The notes beneath the pieces were generated by a model. It was given only the letters and a program-made list of their open reading frames with translations. It was not told where the DNA came from and did no database searches. A stretch of DNA of 64,000 nt, taken from the NCBI GenBank assembly GCA_950097015.1, contig CATNEN010000014.1, forward strand, positions 1,488,001-1,552,000, given 5' to 3'. A program made the translations under genes and the position numbers. Position 1 is the stretch's first letter. Every line of letters starts with the position of its first letter. This stretch comes from Macrostomum hystrix (taxonomy: Eukaryota > Animalia > Platyhelminthes). This document shows positions 12,321-24,660 of the stretch, piece by piece.

Positions 12321-14760
12321 GGGATAATCGTCAACTGTGGGATAATTGTAAACTGGGGAATCATCATCAAATGGGGGATCATGGTCAACTGGGAGATCAT
12401 TGTCAACTGGGTGATCATCATCAACTGGGGGATCATTGTCAACTGTGGGATCATTGTCAACTGGGGGATCATTGTCAAATGGGGGATCATTGTCAACTGG
12501 GGGATCTTTGTCAACTGGGGGTTCATTGTCAACTGGGGGTTCATTGTCAACTGGGGGATCATTGTCAACCGGCGGGATCATTGTCAACTGTGGGACCATT
12601 GTCAACTGGGGGATCATTGTCAACTGGGGGATCATTGTCAACTGGGTGATCATCATCAACTGGGGGATCATTGATAACTTTGGGAACATTGTCAACTGGA
12701 GGAACATTGTTAACTGGGGGATCTTTGTTAACTGGGGGATCATTGTCAACTGGGGGATCATTCTCAACTGGGGGATCATGGTCAACTGGGGGATCATTTT
12801 CAACTGGGGGATCATTTTCAACTGGGGGATCATCATCAACTGGGGGATCATTGTCAACTGGGGGATCATTGTCAACTGGGTCATCATCATCAACTGGGGG
12901 ATCATTGATAACTGGGGGAACATTGTCAACTGGAGGAACATTGTTAACTGGGGATCATCATCAATGGGGAGACTTCATCAACTGGGGGATCATTCTCAAC
13001 TGGGGGATCATTGTCAACTGGGGGATCATTCTCAACTGGGGGATCATTGTCAACTGGGGGATCATTTTCAACTGGGGGATCATTTTCAACTGGGGGATCA
13101 TCATCAACTGTGGGATCATTGTGAACTGGGGGATCATTGTCAACTGTGGGATAATTGTCAACTGGGGGATCATTGTCAACTGGGGGATCATTGTCAACTG
13201 GGGGATCGTTGTCAACTGGGGGTTCATTGTCAACTGTGGGATCATTGTCAACCGGCGGGATCATTGTCAACTGGGGGATCATCATCAACTGGGGGATCAT
13301 TTTCAACTGGGGGATCATCATCAACTGGGGGATCATTGTCAACTGGGGGATCATTGTCAACTGGGTCATCATCATCAACTGGGGGATCATTGATAACTGG
13401 GGGAACATTGTCAACTGGAGGAACATTGTTAACTGGGGATCATCATCAATGGGGAGACTTCATTAACTGGGGGATCATTCTCAACTGGGGGATCATTGTC
13501 AACTGGGGGATCATTCTCAACTTGGGGATCATTGTCAACTGGGGGATCATTTTCAACTGGGGGATCATCATCAACTGGGGGATCATCATCAACTGTGGGA
13601 TCATTGTGAACTGGGGGATCATTGTCAACTGTGGGATAATTGTCAACTGGGGGATCATTGTCAACTGGGGGATCATTGTCAACTGGGGGATCGTTGTCAA
13701 CTGGGGGTTCATTGTCAACTGTGGGATCATTGTCAACCGGCGGGATCATTGTCAACTGTGGGACCATTGTCAACTGGGGGATCATTGTCAACTGGGGGAT
13801 CATTGTCAACTGGGTGATCATCATCAACTGGGGGATCATTGATAACTTTGGGAACATTGTCAACTGGAGGAACATTGTTAACTGGGGGATCTTTGTTAAC
13901 TGGGGGATCATTGTCAACTGGGGGATCATTCTCAACTGGGGGATCATGGTCAACTGGGGGATCATTTTCAACTGGGGGATCATTTTCAACTGGGGGATCA
14001 TCATCAACTGGGGATTATTGTCAACTGGGGGATCATTGTCAACTGGGTCATCATCATCAACTGGGGGATCATTGATAACTGGGGGAACATTGTCAACTGG
14101 AGGAACATTGTTAACTGGGGATCATCATCAATGGGGAGACTTCATCAACTGGGGGATCATTGTGAACTGGGGGATCTTTGTTAACTGGGGGATCATTGTC
14201 AACTGGGGGATCATTCTCAACTGGGGGATCATTGTCAACTGGGGGATCATTCTCAACTGGGGGATCATTGTCAACTGGGGGATCATTTTCAACTGGGGGA
14301 TCATCATCAACTGGGGGATCATCATCAACTGTGGGATCATTGTGAACTGGGGGATCTTTGTCAACTGGGGGTTCATTGTCAACTGGGGGTTCATTGTCAA
14401 CTGGGGGATCATTTTCAACTGGGGGATCATCATCAACTGGGGGATCATCATCAAATGTGGGATCATTGTGAACTGGGGGATCTTTGTCAACTGGGGGATC
14501 ATTGTCAACTGTGGGATCATTGTCAACTGGGGGATCATTGTCAAATGGGGGATCATTGTCAACTGGGGGATCGTTGTCAACTGGGGGTTCATTGTCAACT
14601 GGGGGTTCATTGTCAACTGGGGGATCATTGTCAACTGGGGGATCATTGTCAACTGTGGGATCATTGTCAACCGGCGGGATCATTGTCAACTGGGGGTTCA
14701 TTGTCAACTGGGGGTTCATTGTCAACTGGGGGATCATTGTCAACTGGGGGATCATTGTAA
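12316..14760 (+). repeat. 18-bp minisatellite (ctgggggatcattgtcaa), about 135 copies; also 17220-19664, 22124-24569, 26818-27058, 39766-40450, 45058-45265
   Basis: Direct reading; translates as NWGIIV / QLGDHC / STGGSL hexapeptides in the ORF track. Confidence 0.97.
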
Positions 14761-14851
14761 CTTTAAAAAGCTGTAAATTCAGCTGCTAAAAAGTATGTAC
14801 TAGACGAATTAAAAGTATTTCTGCTCCCCGAAGGGGGGCAAAACTTGCTAG

Positions 14852-17800
14852 TCCAACTATACTAAATCTCTAAAGTCTGTCTGTCTGTCTGTCTGTGGAA
14901 TTTCGATACACAGGCTAAATGCCTCAACCAAATTTGATCGCGTTTTTTGCTAAACATGCCAAATTTTACTGGCATGAGACCTTGAAAATTTCGTTAGTCT
15001 GCTTCAATGCTAAAAATATTGAATATTCGAAATACGAGTTTTCCTTTTGCTTTTAATAGGAGGCCAAACAAGGTTAAATTAGAATAGGGCCGGACACTGT
15101 CAGTTTTATTAGATTGCATCGGTGCTTTTTCTCGCCCGCGCGTGCATTGGTATAGCACTGAACAGGGCCCGATACTCTCAATTGAATAGGATTGCGTCAC
15201 TGCTTTTCGACCCGTACGTGCGTTTATAAATTTGTCTCTTGGCTGATCGAGTGATTTGATTTGAATACGCAAAACGTACATAGCAGATTTCATGATTGGG
15301 CTTTTATGATGCTCAATGCTAGCGAGACCTCTCCTCCTCCTTTCTATCCATAAAACTGCAGCTTTTCTATTGTCAAACCTTGTCTCGACTTCGATCATTG
15401 TGCCGCTTTCTTTTCATCTAGCTCCGAAGTAAAGTACTTTAATGCTTTTGTAGAATGCAGGTAGAATTTCAGCATCGGTTTTGTTACTGCTTCTTTTTCT
15501 TCTAATCTTCTAAACATCAGCAGTTCCTATTTAAACGTAAGTTCCTATTTATTAGTATTTTTTGGGCATTTTTGGTTCGAGTATAAATAGTAAGCGATTT
15601 TGGTTAGCTACTGTCGAAGCAGATATTTGTTAGCTTTATTATTCCTGTACTCCCTTTCAGAAAATAGTATTAGTTTTTTCGAGTATCGGGAATTCGATAA
15701 TAAAACTTAGGAAATATTTTTTGTGCATAGCTGCAGGCGATATCACAATTGAGAACTGCAAGAAAAAAAAATTGAGCGCAGCTAAGAGCGTAAATTATTT
15801 CAAAATTTTTTGAGCATTGTTTTAAGCGTTATTCGATCAAAAAAATAGCTTATTAAATAATAATAATTATAAAACTTTATTCGACGAACACTGATCGAAA
15901 CCGTTTTCTAAAGTGCTCAACGATTTTCTAAATGTGTCCAACGATTTTCTAAATGTGTCCAACGATTTTCTAAATGTGTTTAACAGTTTTCTAAATGTAT
16001 CTACCGTGCCACATGTAACAGGAGATGTAACAGGAGATATTTGTTGCCTTCTGGGCTGAGTAAAACGATGGACACATCGTTTCTATGCTATTTGGGGGCA
16101 ATGGTTTCCTGTCAAAGAAAAAGGGCAAACATTTCTTGCTGCGAGTTTGGTAGCCTGCAAGTAGCCTCCATTCTGGTATTATGGAGGTTCTCTTCTGTTT
16201 GGAGAACATTAGTTCTCTGCTGCTGGGGGAATTAGTTCTCTGCTGCTGGGGGAATTAGTTCTCTGCTGCTGGGGGAATTAGTTCTCTGCTGCTGGGGGAA
16301 TTAGTTCTCTGCTGCTGGGGAAATTAGTTCTCTGCTGCTGGGGGAATTAGTTCTCTGCTGCTGGGGGAATTAGTTCTCTGCTGCTGGGGGAATTAGTTCT
16401 CTGATGCTGGGGGAATTAGTTCTCTGCTGCTGGGGGAATTAGTTCTCTGCTGCTGGGGGAATTAGTTCTCTGCTGCTGGGGGAATTAGTTCTCTGCTGCT
16501 GGGGGAATTAGTTCTCTGCTGCTGGGGGAATTAGTTCTCTGATGCTGGGGGAATTAGTTCTCTGCTGCTGGGGGAATTAGTTCTCTGCTGCTGGGGGAAT
16601 TAGTTCTCTGCTGCTGGGGGAATTAGTTCTCTGCTGCTGGGGGAATTAGTTCTCTGATGCTGGGGGAATTAGTTCTCTGCTGCTGGGGGAATTAGTTCTC
16701 TGCTGCTGGGGGAATTAGTTCTCTGCTGCTGGGGGAATTAGTTCTCTGCTGCTGGGGGAATTAGTTCTCTGCTGCTGGGGAAATTAGTTCTCTGCTGCTG
16801 GGGGAATTAGTTCTCTGCTGCTGGGGAAATTAGTTCTCTGCTGCTGGGGAAATTAGTTCTCATGGCAAAACCAGCGTTTGAATCATGGCTAAACTAGAGT
16901 TTGAATCATGGCTAAACCAGAGTCTGAATCATGGCTAAACCAGAGTCTGAATCATGGCTAAATTTACGTTTGAATCATGGCAAAACCAGAGTTTGAATAA
17001 TGGCTAAACAAGAGTTTGAATCATGACTAAATCAGAGTTTGAATCATGGCTAAACCACAGTTTGAATCATGGCTAAACCAGAGTTTGAATCATGGCTAAA
17101 CCAGAGTTTGAATCATGGCTAAACCAGCGTTTGAATCATGGCCAACCAGCGTCTGAATCATGGCTAAACCAGAGTTTATATCATGGCTAAACCAGAGTTT
17201 GAATCAAAGCTGAACCAGAACTGGGGGATAATCGTCAACTGTGGGATAATTGTAAACTGGGGAATCATCATCAAATGGGGGATCATGGTCAACTGGGAGA
17301 TCATTGTCAACTGGGTGATCATCATCAACTGGGGGATCATTGTCAACTGTGGGATCATTGTCAACTGGGGGATCATTGTCAAATGGGGGATCATTGTCAA
17401 CTGGGGGATCTTTGTCAACTGGGGGTTCATTGTCAACTGGGGGTTCATTGTCAACTGGGGGATCATTGTCAACCGGCGGGATCATTGTCAACTGTGGGAC
17501 CATTGTCAACTGGGGGATCATTGTCAACTGGGGGATCATTGTCAACTGGGTGATCATCATCAACTGGGGGATCATTGATAACTTTGGGAACATTGTCAAC
17601 TGGAGGAACATTGTTAACTGGGGGATCTTTGTTAACTGGGGGATCATTGTCAACTGGGGGATCATTCTCAACTGGGGGATCATGGTCAACTGGGGGATCA
17701 TTTTCAACTGGGGGATCATTTTCAACTGGGGGATCATCATCAACTGGGGGATCATTGTCAACTGGGGGATCATTGTCAACTGGGTCATCATCATCAACTG

Positions 17801-19755
17801 GGGGATCATTGATAACTGGGGGAACATTGTCAACTGGAGGAACATTGTTAACTGGGGATCATCATCAATGGGGAGACTTCATCAACTGGGGGATCATTCT
17901 CAACTGGGGGATCATTGTCAACTGGGGGATCATTCTCAACTGGGGGATCATTGTCAACTGGGGGATCATTTTCAACTGGGGGATCATCATCAACTGGGGG
18001 ATCATCATCAACTGTGGGATCATTGTGAACTGGGGGATCATTGTCAACTGTGGGATAATTGTCAACTGGGGGATCATTGTCAACTGGGGGATCATTGTCA
18101 ACTGGGGGATCGTTGTCAACTGGGGGTTCATTGTCAACTGTGGGATCATTGTCAACCGGCGGGATCATTGTCAACTGGGGGATCATCATCAACTGGGGGA
18201 TCATTTTCAACTGGGGGATCATCATCAACTGGGGGATCATTGTCAACTGGGGGATCATTGTCAACTGGGTCATCATCATCAACTGGGGGATCATTGATAA
18301 CTGGGGGAACATTGTCAACTGGAGGAACATTGTTAACTGGGGATCATCATCAATGGGGAGACTTCATTAACTGGGGGATCATTCTCAACTGGGGGATCAT
18401 TGTCAACTGGGGGATCATTCTCAACTTGGGGATCATTGTCAACTGGGGGATCATTTTCAACTGGGGGATCATCATCAACTGGGGGATCATCATCAACTGT
18501 GGGATCATTGTGAACTGGGGGATCATTGTCAACTGTGGGATAATTGTCAACTGGGGGATCATTGTCAACTGGGGGATCATTGTCAACTGGGGGATCGTTG
18601 TCAACTGGGGGTTCATTGTCAACTGTGGGATCATTGTCAACCGGCGGGATCATTGTCAACTGTGGGACCATTGTCAACTGGGGGATCATTGTCAACTGGG
18701 GGATCATTGTCAACTGGGTGATCATCATCAACTGGGGGATCATTGATAACTTTGGGAACATTGTCAACTGGAGGAACATTGTTAACTGGGGGATCTTTGT
18801 TAACTGGGGGATCATTGTCAACTGGGGGATCATTCTCAACTGGGGGATCATGGTCAACTGGGGGATCATTTTCAACTGGGGGATCATTTTCAACTGGGGG
18901 ATCATCATCAACTGGGGATTATTGTCAACTGGGGGATCATTGTCAACTGGGTCATCATCATCAACTGGGGGATCATTGATAACTGGGGGAACATTGTCAA
19001 CTGGAGGAACATTGTTAACTGGGGATCATCATCAATGGGGAGACTTCATCAACTGGGGGATCATTGTGAACTGGGGGATCTTTGTTAACTGGGGGATCAT
19101 TGTCAACTGGGGGATCATTCTCAACTGGGGGATCATTGTCAACTGGGGGATCATTCTCAACTGGGGGATCATTGTCAACTGGGGGATCATTTTCAACTGG
19201 GGGATCATCATCAACTGGGGGATCATCATCAACTGTGGGATCATTGTGAACTGGGGGATCTTTGTCAACTGGGGGTTCATTGTCAACTGGGGGTTCATTG
19301 TCAACTGGGGGATCATTTTCAACTGGGGGATCATCATCAACTGGGGGATCATCATCAAATGTGGGATCATTGTGAACTGGGGGATCTTTGTCAACTGGGG
19401 GATCATTGTCAACTGTGGGATCATTGTCAACTGGGGGATCATTGTCAAATGGGGGATCATTGTCAACTGGGGGATCGTTGTCAACTGGGGGTTCATTGTC
19501 AACTGGGGGTTCATTGTCAACTGGGGGATCATTGTCAACTGGGGGATCATTGTCAACTGTGGGATCATTGTCAACCGGCGGGATCATTGTCAACTGGGGG
19601 TTCATTGTCAACTGGGGGTTCATTGTCAACTGGGGGATCATTGTCAACTGGGGGATCATTGTAACTTTAAAAAGCTGTAAATTCAGCTGCTAAAAAGTAT
19701 GTACTAGACGAATTAAAAGTATTTCTGCTCCCCGAAGGGGGGCAAAACTTGCTAG
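14852..19755 (+). mobile_element. Non-autonomous Helitron, unit 2 (4904 bp)
   Basis: Starts immediately after the CTAG of unit 1 with tccaactatact and ends hairpin-CTAG at 19752-19755; ORF-track entries repeat with offset 4904. Confidence 0.88.
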
Positions 19756-22700
19756 TCCAACTATACTAAATCTCTAAAGTCTGTCTGTCTGTCTGTCTGT
19801 GGAATTTCGATACACAGGCTAAATGCCTCAACCAAATTTGATCGCGTTTTTTGCTAAACATGCCAAATTTTACTGGCATGAGACCTTGAAAATTTCGTTA
19901 GTCTGCTTCAATGCTAAAAATATTGAATATTCGAAATACGAGTTTTCCTTTTGCTTTTAATAGGAGGCCAAACAAGGTTAAATTAGAATAGGGCCGGACA
20001 CTGTCAGTTTTATTAGATTGCATCGGTGCTTTTTCTCGCCCGCGCGTGCATTGGTATAGCACTGAACAGGGCCCGATACTCTCAATTGAATAGGATTGCG
20101 TCACTGCTTTTCGACCCGTACGTGCGTTTATAAATTTGTCTCTTGGCTGATCGAGTGATTTGATTTGAATACGCAAAACGTACATAGCAGATTTCATGAT
20201 TGGGCTTTTATGATGCTCAATGCTAGCGAGACCTCTCCTCCTCCTTTCTATCCATAAAACTGCAGCTTTTCTATTGTCAAACCTTGTCTCGACTTCGATC
20301 ATTGTGCCGCTTTCTTTTCATCTAGCTCCGAAGTAAAGTACTTTAATGCTTTTGTAGAATGCAGGTAGAATTTCAGCATCGGTTTTGTTACTGCTTCTTT
20401 TTCTTCTAATCTTCTAAACATCAGCAGTTCCTATTTAAACGTAAGTTCCTATTTATTAGTATTTTTTGGGCATTTTTGGTTCGAGTATAAATAGTAAGCG
20501 ATTTTGGTTAGCTACTGTCGAAGCAGATATTTGTTAGCTTTATTATTCCTGTACTCCCTTTCAGAAAATAGTATTAGTTTTTTCGAGTATCGGGAATTCG
20601 ATAATAAAACTTAGGAAATATTTTTTGTGCATAGCTGCAGGCGATATCACAATTGAGAACTGCAAGAAAAAAAAATTGAGCGCAGCTAAGAGCGTAAATT
20701 ATTTCAAAATTTTTTGAGCATTGTTTTAAGCGTTATTCGATCAAAAAAATAGCTTATTAAATAATAATAATTATAAAACTTTATTCGACGAACACTGATC
20801 GAAACCGTTTTCTAAAGTGCTCAACGATTTTCTAAATGTGTCCAACGATTTTCTAAATGTGTCCAACGATTTTCTAAATGTGTTTAACAGTTTTCTAAAT
20901 GTATCTACCGTGCCACATGTAACAGGAGATGTAACAGGAGATATTTGTTGCCTTCTGGGCTGAGTAAAACGATGGACACATCGTTTCTATGCTATTTGGG
21001 GGCAATGGTTTCCTGTCAAAGAAAAAGGGCAAACATTTCTTGCTGCGAGTTTGGTAGCCTGCAAGTAGCCTCCATTCTGGTATTATGGAGGTTCTCTTCT
21101 GTTTGGAGAACATTAGTTCTCTGCTGCTGGGGGAATTAGTTCTCTGCTGCTGGGGGAATTAGTTCTCTGCTGCTGGGGGAATTAGTTCTCTGCTGCTGGG
21201 GGAATTAGTTCTCTGCTGCTGGGGAAATTAGTTCTCTGCTGCTGGGGGAATTAGTTCTCTGCTGCTGGGGGAATTAGTTCTCTGCTGCTGGGGGAATTAG
21301 TTCTCTGATGCTGGGGGAATTAGTTCTCTGCTGCTGGGGGAATTAGTTCTCTGCTGCTGGGGGAATTAGTTCTCTGCTGCTGGGGGAATTAGTTCTCTGC
21401 TGCTGGGGGAATTAGTTCTCTGCTGCTGGGGGAATTAGTTCTCTGATGCTGGGGGAATTAGTTCTCTGCTGCTGGGGGAATTAGTTCTCTGCTGCTGGGG
21501 GAATTAGTTCTCTGCTGCTGGGGGAATTAGTTCTCTGCTGCTGGGGGAATTAGTTCTCTGATGCTGGGGGAATTAGTTCTCTGCTGCTGGGGGAATTAGT
21601 TCTCTGCTGCTGGGGGAATTAGTTCTCTGCTGCTGGGGGAATTAGTTCTCTGCTGCTGGGGGAATTAGTTCTCTGCTGCTGGGGAAATTAGTTCTCTGCT
21701 GCTGGGGGAATTAGTTCTCTGCTGCTGGGGAAATTAGTTCTCTGCTGCTGGGGAAATTAGTTCTCATGGCAAAACCAGCGTTTGAATCATGGCTAAACTA
21801 GAGTTTGAATCATGGCTAAACCAGAGTCTGAATCATGGCTAAACCAGAGTCTGAATCATGGCTAAATTTACGTTTGAATCATGGCAAAACCAGAGTTTGA
21901 ATAATGGCTAAACAAGAGTTTGAATCATGACTAAATCAGAGTTTGAATCATGGCTAAACCACAGTTTGAATCATGGCTAAACCAGAGTTTGAATCATGGC
22001 TAAACCAGAGTTTGAATCATGGCTAAACCAGCGTTTGAATCATGGCCAACCAGCGTCTGAATCATGGCTAAACCAGAGTTTATATCATGGCTAAACCAGA
22101 GTTTGAATCAAAGCTGAACCAGAACTGGGGGATAATCGTCAACTGTGGGATAATTGTAAACTGGGGAATCATCATCAAATGGGGGATCATGGTCAACTGG
22201 GAGATCATTGTCAACTGGGTGATCATCATCAACTGGGGGATCATTGTCAACTGTGGGATCATTGTCAACTGGGGGATCATTGTCAAATGGGGGATCATTG
22301 TCAACTGGGGGATCTTTGTCAACTGGGGGTTCATTGTCAACTGGGGGTTCATTGTCAACTGGGGGATCATTGTCAACCGGCGGGATCATTGTCAACTGTG
22401 GGACCATTGTCAACTGGGGGATCATTGTCAACTGGGGGATCATTGTCAACTGGGTGATCATCATCAACTGGGGGATCATTGATAACTTTGGGAACATTGT
22501 CAACTGGAGGAACATTGTTAACTGGGGGATCTTTGTTAACTGGGGGATCATTGTCAACTGGGGGATCATTCTCAACTGGGGGATCATGGTCAACTGGGGG
22601 ATCATTTTCAACTGGGGGATCATTTTCAACTGGGGGATCATCATCAACTGGGGGATCATTGTCAACTGGGGGATCATTGTCAACTGGGTCATCATCATCA

Positions 22701-24660
22701 ACTGGGGGATCATTGATAACTGGGGGAACATTGTCAACTGGAGGAACATTGTTAACTGGGGATCATCATCAATGGGGAGACTTCATCAACTGGGGGATCA
22801 TTCTCAACTGGGGGATCATTGTCAACTGGGGGATCATTCTCAACTGGGGGATCATTGTCAACTGGGGGATCATTTTCAACTGGGGGATCATCATCAACTG
22901 GGGGATCATCATCAACTGTGGGATCATTGTGAACTGGGGGATCATTGTCAACTGTGGGATAATTGTCAACTGGGGGATCATTGTCAACTGGGGGATCATT
23001 GTCAACTGGGGGATCGTTGTCAACTGGGGGTTCATTGTCAACTGTGGGATCATTGTCAACCGGCGGGATCATTGTCAACTGGGGGATCATCATCAACTGG
23101 GGGATCATTTTCAACTGGGGGATCATCATCAACTGGGGGATCATTGTCAACTGGGGGATCATTGTCAACTGGGTCATCATCATCAACTGGGGGATCATTG
23201 ATAACTGGGGGAACATTGTCAACTGGAGGAACATTGTTAACTGGGGATCATCATCAATGGGGAGACTTCATTAACTGGGGGATCATTCTCAACTGGGGGA
23301 TCATTGTCAACTGGGGGATCATTCTCAACTTGGGGATCATTGTCAACTGGGGGATCATTTTCAACTGGGGGATCATCATCAACTGGGGGATCATCATCAA
23401 CTGTGGGATCATTGTGAACTGGGGGATCATTGTCAACTGTGGGATAATTGTCAACTGGGGGATCATTGTCAACTGGGGGATCATTGTCAACTGGGGGATC
23501 GTTGTCAACTGGGGGTTCATTGTCAACTGTGGGATCATTGTCAACCGGCGGGATCATTGTCAACTGTGGGACCATTGTCAACTGGGGGATCATTGTCAAC
23601 TGGGGGATCATTGTCAACTGGGTGATCATCATCAACTGGGGGATCATTGATAACTTTGGGAACATTGTCAACTGGAGGAACATTGTTAACTGGGGGATCT
23701 TTGTTAACTGGGGGATCATTGTCAACTGGGGGATCATTCTCAACTGGGGGATCATGGTCAACTGGGGGATCATTTTCAACTGGGGGATCATTTTCAACTG
23801 GGGGATCATCATCAACTGGGGGATCATTGTCAACTGGGGGATCATTGTCAACTGGGTCATCATCATCAACTGGGGGATCATTGATAACTGGGGGAACATT
23901 GTCAACTGGAGGAACATTGTTAACTGGGGATCATCATCAATGGGGAGACTTCATCAACTGGGGGATCATTGTGAACTGGGGGATCTTTGTTAACTGGGGG
24001 ATCATTGTCAACTGGGGGATCATTCTCAACTGGGGGATCATTGTCAACTGGGGGATCATTCTCAACTGGGGGATCATTGTCAACTGGGGGATCATTTTCA
24101 ACTGGGGGATCATCATCAACTGGGGGATCATCATCAACTGTGGGATCATTGTGAACTGGGGGATCTTTGTCAACTGGGGGTTCATTGTCAACTGGGGGTT
24201 CATTGTCAACTGGGGGATCATTTTCAACTGGGGGATCATCATCAACTGGGGGATCATCATCAAATGTGGGATCATTGTGAACTGGGGGATCTTTGTCAAC
24301 TGGGGGATCATTGTCAACTGTGGGATCATTGTCAACTGGGGGATCATTGTCAAATGGGGGATCATTGTCAACTGGGGGATCGTTGTCAACTGGGGGTTCA
24401 TTGTCAACTGGGGGTTCATTGTCAACTGGGGGATCATTGTCAACTGGGGGATCATTGTCAACTGTGGGATCATTGTCAACCGGCGGGATCATTGTCAACT
24501 GGGGGTTCATTGTCAACTGGGGGTTCATTGTCAACTGGGGGATCATTGTCAACTGGGGGATCATTGTAACTTTAAAAAGCTGTAAATTCAGCTGCTAAAA
24601 AGTATGTACTAGACGAATTAAAAGTATTTCTGCTCCCCGAAGGGGGGCAAAACTTGCTAG
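19756..24660 (+). mobile_element. Non-autonomous Helitron, unit 3 (4905 bp)
   Basis: Same termini as unit 2 and near-identical sequence; CTAG at 24657-24660. Confidence 0.88.

Larger units (their letters stand above)
10264..14851 (+). mobile_element. Non-autonomous Helitron, unit 1 (4588 bp)
   Basis: 5' TCcaactatactaaat followed by a (gtct)n microsatellite; 3' hairpin tgctcccc-gaa-ggggggca and CTAG at 14848-14851. Confidence 0.85.

Noticed and set aside
12272-24598. Long ORFs (up to 468 aa) such as NWGIIV, QLGDHC, STGGSL, MIPQLT and PPVDND repeats
   Set aside because: They are open in several frames on both strands simply because the 18-bp unit lacks stops; frame switches are random and there is no evidence of coding.
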